The translations under genes and the position numbers were made by a program. Shown piece by piece: positions 56,481 through 64,000 of a DNA stretch of 64,000 bases. The DNA is from Acidimicrobiales bacterium. Lineage in GTDB: Bacteria > Actinomycetota > Acidimicrobiia > Acidimicrobiales > SZUA-35. The DNA lies in NCBI GenBank assembly GCA_047974625.1, contig JBKECK010000016.1, positions 2,262 through 66,261 on the forward strand, in the 5' to 3' direction. Within the stretch, counting starts at the first letter, position 1, and each line of letters opens with the position of its first letter. The notes below the pieces were generated by a model. It worked only from the letters and a program-made list of their open reading frames with translations, was not told where the DNA came from and made no database searches.

Positions 56481-57401
56481 ATGTCGGTGATCACAGTTCG
56501 CAACGTCGTCAAGTCCTACGGCAAGCAGCCCGTCCTGCGCGGAGTCGATCTCCACGTCGAGCGAGGTGAGGTTCTGGGTCTGCTCGGGCGGAACGGGGCC
56601 GGCAAGTCCACGCTGGTCGAATGCATGCAGGGTTTGCGAACCATCGACGGGGGCGTGATCGACGTTCTCGGCATCCACCCGTCCCGCGACCAACGGGCAC
56701 TCCATCGAGTCATCGGGAGCCAACTCCAGTCGTCAGGCCTCCCCGACCGACTTCGGGTCCGTGAGGCCATTCGCGTCTTCGCCCGAAACCCCCGCGCCGA
56801 CGTGGACGAGATCCTGGACCAGAACGACCTCACGGCGATCAGCTCCAAGTACGTCGGGCGCCTCTCCGGGGGTCAACGGCAACGCTTGTTCGTGGCGCTC
56901 GCGTGGCTCGACAACCCCCAGGTCGTGTTCCTCGACGAGATGACGCAGGGTCTCGACGCCGAGGCCCGGGAGGCGGTCTGGAGTGACGTCAAACGTCGGC
57001 AGGGTGCCGATACCACCATCGTCGTCGTCTCCCACTTCGCCGACGAACTCGAGGCCCTGTGCGACCGAGTCGCCGTGCTGGCCGACGGTCGGATCACCGC
57101 CACGGGCAGTCCGGCCGAGCTGCTCGACACCTTTGGTCTTCCGGCGGCGCTGGAGCTAGACCAGGAGCCGCTCCTGGAGTGGTTCCGTCACGTACCAGGA
57201 GTCCGGTTGGAGCAGACCAGATCGGGTTGGCGGGTGTGGTTTCCGCCCAAGTCGCTGCCGGCGGTCGGCGCAGCGCTCGACGCCGCTGGGTACGACGGTG
57301 CCGTAGCCATGCGACCAGCCAACCTGGGCGATGTGCTCCGCCACACAAGCGATCCGGTCGTCACGTCAGGTCCCACCACGAAGGAGGTCACGCAGGTATG
57401 A
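56481..57401 (+). CDS. ABC exporter ATP-binding protein 2
   Basis: GRNGAGKST, LSGGQ, VFLDE, VSH. Confidence 0.95.
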   Translation: MSVITVRNVVKSYGKQPVLRGVDLHVERGEVLGLLGRNGAGKSTLVECMQGLRTIDGGVIDVLGIHPSRDQRALHRVIGSQLQSSGLPDRLRVREAIRVFARNPRADVDEILDQNDLTAISSKYVGRLSGGQRQRLFVALAWLDNPQVVFLDEMTQGLDAEAREAVWSDVKRRQGADTTIVVVSHFADELEALCDRVAVLADGRITATGSPAELLDTFGLPAALELDQEPLLEWFRHVPGVRLEQTRSGWRVWFPPKSLPAVGAALDAAGYDGAVAMRPANLGDVLRHTSDPVVTSGPTTKEVTQV

Positions 57402-58129
57402 GTCGGTTGATCACAATGGAACTGCGGCTCCTCACCCGAGACCCAGCCGCGCTGATCTACGTACTGGCGTTCCCGGTGCTGACCGCCACCCTCCTCGGTC
57501 AGGTGTTCGGCCCTGGCGGGCCGGAGTTCGAAGGCATCGCACCACCCACCTACTACGCCTACGCCTATGTCGGCGTGGTAGCCGCAGCGATGGCCCTCGT
57601 GACTCTGCCTGGCCATCTGGCCACCTACCGCGTCACGGGCGTACTCCTCCGATTCCGCGCCTCTAGGTTCGGGGCAGGCGGCCTCGGGGCTGCGGTCGTT
57701 GTGGTGTCGGCCGCCACGATCGTCGTCGCTTCCACCGCGCTGCTGGCCACGACGGCGACCTTGTTCGGGCTCCCGCCGATTCGCTCGATCTTCGGACTGG
57801 TCGCCAACTTCGCCGCCGGAACGGCGGCCATCGTCGGGCTCGGGGTGCTCCTCGGTCAGATCACTGGTTCCCCTCGTTCGGCGCAAGGCCTGGGTCTTGC
57901 CTTGTTCTTTCCCTCCTTCCTCTTGGGGGGCGCCGGGCCTCCAATGGCCTCCATGGGAGCGCCACTGCAGCGAGTCAGCGAGTTCCTGCCGCTCTCCCAC
58001 ATGATTCGGGGGATGCAGGAGGCGGCGTTGGAGCTCCCCGCTGACGGGTGGAACCACGCGCTCGTCTCGTGCGGATTCGCCACCGTCTTCTGGAGCATCG
58101 TCGTCGCGACCGAGCGTCGCGCGACCTAG
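57398..58129 (+). CDS. ABC-2 permease 2
   Basis: ATGA overlap; ELRLLTRDP, YRVTGVLLRF, FLPLSH. Confidence 0.9.
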   Translation: MSRLITMELRLLTRDPAALIYVLAFPVLTATLLGQVFGPGGPEFEGIAPPTYYAYAYVGVVAAAMALVTLPGHLATYRVTGVLLRFRASRFGAGGLGAAVVVVSAATIVVASTALLATTATLFGLPPIRSIFGLVANFAAGTAAIVGLGVLLGQITGSPRSAQGLGLALFFPSFLLGGAGPPMASMGAPLQRVSEFLPLSHMIRGMQEAALELPADGWNHALVSCGFATVFWSIVVATERRAT

Positions 58130-58476
58130 TACTACAGCCGTAGATCAGGGCGGGGTGAGTGCTTGTCGTCGCCGGTAATGGGCTTGTTGGGCTCGGTGTT
58201 GGTGGCGTCGCCGCCATCTGGACCAGGCGAGGATGTGGGCCAGGGTCGGGATCCGGGCTCGGAGTCGGGCGGAGCAGAGAACGACCCGACGATCAGGTTG
58301 TCCGAATTCAGAATTCTGAAACCTGGGGAGGTTGATCCAGGGCCCCGGTAATGGTGACCCGCCACGCACTGTCGCCACCATTGCTGACGGGACCGCCACG
58401 ATCACGGTAGACGACGAACCTGTCCGCAACTGATTCGGTCACTCTGAGTCGGAGATCACCTTTGCTAGTACCGCAG

Positions 58477-58497
58477 CGGTAGCCCAACTGGTAGCCA
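58477..58497 (+). promoter_or_regulatory. Putative integrase arm-type sites (CGGTAGCCC, TGGTAGCCA)
   Basis: Same motif and 12-bp spacing as 47491-47511. Confidence 0.55.
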
Positions 58498-58593
58498 TTC
58501 GCCTCCGCGCCACCCAGCACCCACCGGCACCGATCGCGGCTGAAGCCCTAGCCACAGGCCACGCGAGGCTCCGCCCAGCACGCTAGCCCACGG

Positions 58594-58647
58594 TTTGGGA
58601 GCAGGGGGTCGGGAGTTCAAATCTCCCCATCCCGACCACTACTGGAG
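58594..58647 (+). repeat. attR: duplicated tRNA-Pro 3' fragment
   Basis: TTTGGGAGCAGGGGGTCGGGAGTTCAAATCTCCCCATCCCGACCACTACTGGAG. Confidence 0.95.
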
Positions 58648-59109
58648 AGGGTTGTCGGGGGCCGCTCGGGCCGCCGGAGGGTTAGTAGCGGCGGCGCCAA
58701 CCGGCACTGAACGGCGCCCGACCGACACATGACCGTGCTCATCAGCGCGGCCGCCCGCAGCGCCGGGCCGGCGGCGCCGCGGGCCCACGTTGGAGCGACA
58801 GACCTGACGGCCGGATCCGGCGTCCTGACAGCTGACCGTTCCCCTGTCCCCTGGGATGCGCTCGGCTCGCCTGACCCCGGCGATCCGCTCGGCCGAGCTG
58901 CCTATGACCGGCTCCGACTCCGGCAACCCCCACGTTGTCGCTTCAACGTGGGCAGCCACGCCAGGGTGGGCGCCTCGATAACCCGTCGCTCCGTCAGGGG
59001 GGATCGGAGCTCCGGCGCGTCGGGGATCCTGGGCGTGCCGCGGCCGGTGAGGCGGCAGGAGGCACACTCCCCCGAGCAGTGCGCCCATCGCGCTACGGTC
59101 CCCGGAGGT

Positions 59110-60375
59110 ATGGACGCCCCCAACCGCCCTGAAGACGTCCTCGATCACATCGGCCCCGGCACCCAGCTGGTCGTGCCCCTGGCCAACGGCGAACCGACCT
59201 CGGTACTCGACGCCATCGAGCGGCACGCCGAGTCCCTGGACGAGGTCCGGGTGCACCAGATGCACGCCCTCCATGACCGCCCCTACCTGTCGGGCACGTA
59301 CGGCACGCGCCTGAAGCACCTCTCCTACTTCCTGTCGCACGTCACCCGGCCCCACTTCGCGTCCGGCGCCGTCGGGCTGATCCCCGCCCACTTCTCCGAG
59401 GTGTTTGACATCATGCGGGCCCGAGCCGACGATCCCCTGGTGCTCGCCGCTGCCACCCCGCCGGACGCCCACGGCTACTTCTCACTCGGTGTGTCCGCCG
59501 ACTACACCTCCAGCTTCATCGGCCGGGCCCGGTTCTTCCTCGAGGCGACCGACCACATGCCCCGCACGCTCGGCCGGAACCAGCTCCACGTAAGCCAGGT
59601 GGCGGGCTGGTGTCGGAGCGACCGGCCCCTGATCGAGGTCCCGCCGCCGGTTCCCGGTGAGGCCGACCATCGTATCGCCGGCTACGTGGCCGACCGCATC
59701 CCCCACGGGGCCACCATCCAGACCGGTATCGGCGCCATCCCCAACGCCATCATGGAGGCCCTCACCAACCATCGTGACCTGGGCGTCCACACCGAGCTAC
59801 TGTCCGACGGGGTGGTCGACCTGATGGAGGCGGGTGTGGTCAACGGGGTCGGCAAGGACCTGAACCGGACCAAGACGGTGGGCACGTTCGCACTCGGCAC
59901 CGACCGACTGCACCGCTTCCTCCACAACAACCCGGCGGTGGAGCTGTGGCCGGTACGCTACGTGAACAGCCCCGCCATCATCGGCCGGGAACGTGGCTTC
60001 GTCTCTGTCAACGCCACCCTCTCGGTCGACTTCCTGGGCCAGTGCGCCTCCGAGACGATCAACGGCTCCTACTTCTCCTCGTCGGGAGGTCAGAACGACT
60101 TCGCCCGTGGAGCCATGAACTCCGAGGGTGGGCAGGGATTCGTCGTCCTCCACAGCACCACCAGCCACGGCGGCTCCCGGATCGTGCCCCGGCTGGCCTC
60201 CGGTGACGTCGTCACCACCCCCAAGAACACGGTCGACAAGGTGGTCACCGAATACGGCGTGGCCGAGCTCCGGGGACGGTCCATCCGCGAACGCACCCGG
60301 GCCCTGATCGCCGTGGCCCACCCCGACCACCGGGCCTCCCTCACCGAGCAGGCCGAACGGATGCACTATGTATAA
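59110..60375 (+). CDS. Acetyl-CoA hydrolase/transferase (4-hydroxybutyrate CoA-transferase-like)
   Basis: GGAGG RBS; PPDAHGYFSLG, IQTGIGAIP, HTELLSD, GGQNDF, VVTEYGVAEL. Confidence 0.92.
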   Translation: MDAPNRPEDVLDHIGPGTQLVVPLANGEPTSVLDAIERHAESLDEVRVHQMHALHDRPYLSGTYGTRLKHLSYFLSHVTRPHFASGAVGLIPAHFSEVFDIMRARADDPLVLAAATPPDAHGYFSLGVSADYTSSFIGRARFFLEATDHMPRTLGRNQLHVSQVAGWCRSDRPLIEVPPPVPGEADHRIAGYVADRIPHGATIQTGIGAIPNAIMEALTNHRDLGVHTELLSDGVVDLMEAGVVNGVGKDLNRTKTVGTFALGTDRLHRFLHNNPAVELWPVRYVNSPAIIGRERGFVSVNATLSVDFLGQCASETINGSYFSSSGGQNDFARGAMNSEGGQGFVVLHSTTSHGGSRIVPRLASGDVVTTPKNTVDKVVTEYGVAELRGRSIRERTRALIAVAHPDHRASLTEQAERMHYV

Positions 60376-60448
60376 GCACCCGCGCATTCCCCGGGCCGGG
60401 TACTACGGTCGGTGACGGGGGCAGGCACACGGGCCGGGAGGGACCACG

Positions 60449-61099
60449 ATGGCACGAGTCATGATCGTCGGCGGACACGGGAAGGTGGCCCTGCTGGCCA
60501 CGCCCCTGCTGGTGGGAGACGGGCAGGAGGTGACGTCGATCATCCGCTCGGAGGATCAGGCCGCCGACATCCGGGAACTGGGCGCCACCCCGCTGGTCGC
60601 CGACATGGAGTCGATGAACACCGCCGCCATGGCCGAACGCTTCCGCGGTTCCGACGTCGTCGTGTGGTCGGCCGGGGCGGGCGGCGGTGACCCGACCCGC
60701 ACCTACGCGGTCGACCGGGACGCCGCCATCCGCTCCATGGAGGCCGCCGTCGAGGCCCGGGTACCCCGCTACGTGATGGTCAGCTACTTCGGCGCGGGCC
60801 CCGACCACGGTGTCCCCGAGGACAACAGCTTCCACCCCTACGCTGCGGCGAAGGCGGCCGCCGACGCCGCCTTGCGGGCCAGTTCACTGTCGTGGACGAT
60901 CCTCATGCCCAGCCGTCTCACCGACGATCCGGGCACCGGCCGGATCGACGACGGCGGCGGCCCGTCGGGCACCGTGGCCCGGGCCGACGTGGCCGAGGTG
61001 ATCCGCCGGGTCGTATCGGCCGAACCGGCCGCGGTGGCCGGTCAGGACATCCCGTTCAACAACGGGGAGCTGGCCATCGTGGACGTCATCGGCGGCTGA
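60449..61099 (+). CDS. NAD(P)H-binding atypical SDR
   Basis: IVGGHGKVA, VWSAGAGG, YAAAK, VARADVA. Confidence 0.9.
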   Translation: MARVMIVGGHGKVALLATPLLVGDGQEVTSIIRSEDQAADIRELGATPLVADMESMNTAAMAERFRGSDVVVWSAGAGGGDPTRTYAVDRDAAIRSMEAAVEARVPRYVMVSYFGAGPDHGVPEDNSFHPYAAAKAAADAALRASSLSWTILMPSRLTDDPGTGRIDDGGGPSGTVARADVAEVIRRVVSAEPAAVAGQDIPFNNGELAIVDVIGG

Positions 61100-62469
61100 C
61101 CGGCCGTCCCCGTCCGGCGACGGGCCCGTCCGGCTACTGGGCCGATCACGAGCACCGAGGGACTGGGCCGCGGGCAGCCGTCGCGGACCAGGTCGGCCAG
61201 GGTGGTGGAGACGGTCCGCTGGTCGGGATAGCCGGCCCGGTGGACCACGGCCACCGGTTCGTCGCCGGGACGACCCGCCGACCGCAGCCGCTGGGCGATC
61301 GTCGCCGCCGTCGACGCCCCCATCAGGACCACCAGGGTGGACGCCGAGGCGGCCAGGGCCTCCCACTGGTGGTCGAGATCGGCGATGCGGTGACCGGACA
61401 ACACGGTGAACGAGGCTGCCGTGCCCCGATGGGTCAACGGGATCCCGGCCAGAGCCGGGCCGGCCACCGCGGAGGTGAGCCCGGGCACCACGTCCACCGC
61501 GATTCCGGCCCCGGTCACCGCGTCGACCTCCTCGCTCCCCCGGCCGAACACGAACGGGTCTCCACCCTTCAGGCGCACGACCCGGAAGCCGGCCCGGGCC
61601 CGCTCGATCAGGAGCCGGTGGATCTCGTCCTGGCCCACCCCGCCTCCCTTGGTCTTACCCACCGGGACCCGTTCGGCCGCCACCGGCGCCAGCTCCAGCA
61701 GGCCGGGGTCGGCCAACCGGTCGTAGACCACCACGTCGGCGGCCGCTAGGGCCCGGGCACCCCGGATGGTGATCAGATCGAGCCCGCCGGGACCGGCACC
61801 GACCAGGGTGACCGAGCCGGTGGCCACCGCGGTGGGACCGTCGAACCCGGCCAGAAACCGGCGGCGGATCTCGCCCAGGGCACCGGACCCACCGGCCCGG
61901 ACCGCGGCCAGGCCCGGTTTGAGGAGGCGCTGCCGCCAGGCCGGATAGTCGTACCGGTACCGGCCCTCGGCCCGCAGCTCCCGCCGGGCCGAGGCCGCCT
62001 CGTCGATCAGGTCGGTGACCCCGTACGGGAGGGCCCGCTCGATCTCCTCCCGCAGGAACCGGGCCGACGCCGGGCTCGCCCCCGTGGTCGACACCGCCAC
62101 CGTGGCCGCCCCCCGGCGCACCACGGCCGGGAACGTGACGTCGCACAGGGCGGGGTCGTCCACCACGTTGACGACGGCCCCGACCCGGTGGGACCAGCGC
62201 CGGACCCGGACGTTCACCCGGCGGTCACCGGTGGCCGCCACCACCAGCCGGGCCCCGATCACGTCCGTCCGCCGCACCCGGCGCTCCACCAGCCGCACGG
62301 CCCCGCCGGCGGCCAGGTCAGCGATCCGGGGGGTCGGCTCGGGGCCGACCACCACCAGGTCGGCCCCGGTGCCCCGCAGGACCTCGACCTTGCCTTCGGC
62401 CACCGGGCCGGCCCCGACCACCAGGACCTTCCGGTCCCGCAGCCGCCACGCCAGCATCAACGAGCTCAT
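61042..62469 (-). CDS. cysG: Siroheme synthase-like (precorrin-2 dehydrogenase + uroporphyrinogen-III C-methyltransferase)
   Basis: VVGAGPVA, VNVVDDP; VGAGPGGLDLIT, RLKGGDPFVFGRG. Confidence 0.85.
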   Translation of the reverse strand: MSSLMLAWRLRDRKVLVVGAGPVAEGKVEVLRGTGADLVVVGPEPTPRIADLAAGGAVRLVERRVRRTDVIGARLVVAATGDRRVNVRVRRWSHRVGAVVNVVDDPALCDVTFPAVVRRGAATVAVSTTGASPASARFLREEIERALPYGVTDLIDEAASARRELRAEGRYRYDYPAWRQRLLKPGLAAVRAGGSGALGEIRRRFLAGFDGPTAVATGSVTLVGAGPGGLDLITIRGARALAAADVVVYDRLADPGLLELAPVAAERVPVGKTKGGGVGQDEIHRLLIERARAGFRVVRLKGGDPFVFGRGSEEVDAVTGAGIAVDVVPGLTSAVAGPALAGIPLTHRGTAASFTVLSGHRIADLDHQWEALAASASTLVVLMGASTAATIAQRLRSAGRPGDEPVAVVHRAGYPDQRTVSTTLADLVRDGCPRPSPSVLVIGPVAGRARRRTGTAGQPPMTSTMASSPLLNGMS

Positions 62470-64000
62470 ACCCCGGCCTCCTGCCGGGTGCCGGGCCGGT
62501 GCCCCGCGTCCTCGGCGTCCACCGCCGAGCGGTCCGGCGGCGCCGCGGCCCGGATCGGGGTGACCCGGACCGGGGTGTACTTGAACCCCGGGATCTTGCT
62601 CACGGGATCGAGGTCGGCGGCGACCAGCACATTGCAGACCGGCCAGTGATACGGCATGAACACGGTGTCGCTCCTCAGGTTCGGGTTGGGCTTCCACGGG
62701 ACCACCGACCGACCCTGCCGGGTCACCAACTCCACCTCGTCCCCCTCCACCAGGGCCAGGTCGACGGCGGTGGCCGGGGCCAGGTCCACGTACGGTCCGG
62801 GGGCGGCGTCGTTCTGGGCCTTGATCCGCTTCGTCTGGTTCCTCGACAGGTACTGGGCCAGGTGCCGGCCCGTGGTCAGCACCAGGGGGTAGTCACCGTC
62901 CACCATCACCGGCGGTGGGCGGTGGTCGACCGGCCGGAACCGGGCCCGGCCGTCGGGGTGGGCGAACCGGTCGAGGTGGAGCCGGGGGGTGCCGGGGTGG
63001 GCCTCGTCCGGGCAGGGCCAGAACACCCCGTCCCGGGCGCGGTCCCAGGTGATGCCGGCGTAGTCGTTGGGCGCTCCGGACGACACCCGTCGCATCTCCT
63101 CCCAGACCTCCCGACCCCGGACGAAGTCGAACTGGGGTCGGACACCCAGCCGTCGGGCCAGGTTCCTGATGATGTCGATGTCGGAGTAGGCGGCCGCCGG
63201 GGGTACGGCCTGGTCGCAGCGGACCACCCGGCCCTCGATGGTGGTGATGGTGCCCTCCTCCTCGGCGAAGGTGGTCCCGGGTAGGACGATGTCGGCGTGC
63301 CGGGCGGCCGCCTCGGACAGGAACGGGTCGATCACCACCACATGATCGAGGGCGTCCATCTGGGCCTCCACCGCGGCCAGGTCGGGGGCCGACACGCTCA
63401 TGTTGTTGGAGATCGACAGCAGACCCTTCACGGGTCCCCGGCCCGCCATCTGCAGGATCTCGACATAGGTCGCCCCCGAGGATGGCAGGTCGGCCTCGGC
63501 CACCCCCCACAACCGGGCCATCTCGGCCCGGTGCCCGAGGTCGTCGATGTTCCGCCCGGCCGGCAGCTGGTTGCAGCGCTGCCCCCACTCCCGGCCCCCC
63601 TGCCCGTTGCGTTGACCAGTCAGCATGCTGATCCCGGAGCCGGGCCGGCCGACGTGCCCGCAGGCCAGGGCCAGGTTGATCATGGCCGACACATTGTCGG
63701 TGCCCATCGTCTGCTGCTCGGGGCCGCGGGCGTGGACGATGACGCAGCGGTCGGCCGTGGCGATGGCCCGGGCCACCTCGGCGATGGTCCCGGCCGGGAT
63801 GTCGGTGACCGCCTCGGTGGTGGCCCGGGTCCACGGCCGGGCCGCCTCCAGGGCCTCGTGGATCCCGTTGGTCCGCTCGGTCACAAACTCCCAGTCGATG
63901 AGGCGTTCCCGTTCCACCTCGGCCAGCAGGCCGAGGAAGAGGGCCCCGTCGGTGGCGGGCCGGATGGCCAACCGGGTGTCGGTGTCCTTGACCCAGCGGC
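62466..64000 (-). CDS. Molybdopterin oxidoreductase (assimilatory nitrate reductase-like), 5' end outside the window
   Basis: IRPATDGAL, TGQRNGQGGRE, ADIVLPG..EEEGT, LTTGR, DPVSKIPGFK; adjacent to cysG. Confidence 0.82.
   Translation of the reverse strand, partial: RWVKDTDTRLAIRPATDGALFLGLLAEVERERLIDWEFVTERTNGIHEALEAARPWTRATTEAVTDIPAGTIAEVARAIATADRCVIVHARGPEQQTMGTDNVSAMINLALACGHVGRPGSGISMLTGQRNGQGGREWGQRCNQLPAGRNIDDLGHRAEMARLWGVAEADLPSSGATYVEILQMAGRGPVKGLLSISNNMSVSAPDLAAVEAQMDALDHVVVIDPFLSEAAARHADIVLPGTTFAEEEGTITTIEGRVVRCDQAVPPAAAYSDIDIIRNLARRLGVRPQFDFVRGREVWEEMRRVSSGAPNDYAGITWDRARDGVFWPCPDEAHPGTPRLHLDRFAHPDGRARFRPVDHRPPPVMVDGDYPLVLTTGRHLAQYLSRNQTKRIKAQNDAAPGPYVDLAPATAVDLALVEGDEVELVTRQGRSVVPWKPNPNLRSDTVFMPYHWPVCNVLVAADLDPVSKIPGFKYTPVRVTPIRAAAPPDRSAVDAEDAGHRPGTRQEAGV

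Larger units (their letters stand above)
47399..58647. mobile_element. tRNA-Pro-integrated genomic island (~11.2 kb), no integrase
   Basis: Perfect 54-bp terminal direct repeats beginning in the anticodon loop; accessory cargo. Confidence 0.88.

Noticed and set aside
58130-58470. Possible integrase remnant near attR
   Set aside because: No tyrosine or serine recombinase motifs recognisable in the short ORFs.
58594-58647. Second tRNA-Pro gene
   Set aside because: Lacks the 5' acceptor strand and D-arm; it is the attR duplication.
58729-59109. N-terminal extension of the CoA transferase ORF
   Set aside because: Low-complexity; the GGAGG-ATG at 59110 is the better start.
61042-61099. 58-bp convergent overlap of cysG and the SDR gene as a regulatory feature
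   Set aside because: Short 3' overlaps are common in high-GC genomes; no further evidence.

Overview
High-GC actinobacterial chromosome segment (gene order and protein styles suggest Acidimicrobiia; this is inference). The backbone is the conserved tRNA-Pro/tig/clpP/clpX/folC/ndk/radical SAM/rne/rplU/rpmA/obgE/proB/nadD/rsfS/tRNA-Ala region, interrupted by Tad/Flp pilus genes, a MoxR-VWA pair, pspA, a sigma-70 factor, a class II DAHP synthase and a small nucleotide-sugar cluster. There are two accessory regions. (1) A decayed zone at the 3' end of tRNA-Ala(GGC) (~6.1-11.5 kb) holds a Phd-VapC toxin-antitoxin pair, IS1380/IS21 remnants, pseudogene fragments and a 60-bp direct repeat. (2) An ~11.2-kb island is bounded by a perfect 54-bp duplication of the tRNA-Pro(TGG) 3' end (47399-47452 / 58594-58647) and encodes no integrase. 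This island carries the main finding, a candidate RiPP cluster whose enzyme combination I do not recognise. It contains an RRE-fused ThiF/MccB-type adenylyltransferase, an LpxL-type acyltransferase, two unannotated near-identical 19-aa precursor genes (MTIETRELEVGALSFCGEN, MTIETRTLEQGALSFCTEN), a beta-lactamase-fold serine hydrolase, a JmjC oxygenase and two ABC exporters, preceded by a LuxR regulator and a frameshifted ECF sigma factor. All calls come from motif recognition by eye; no database searches were run.
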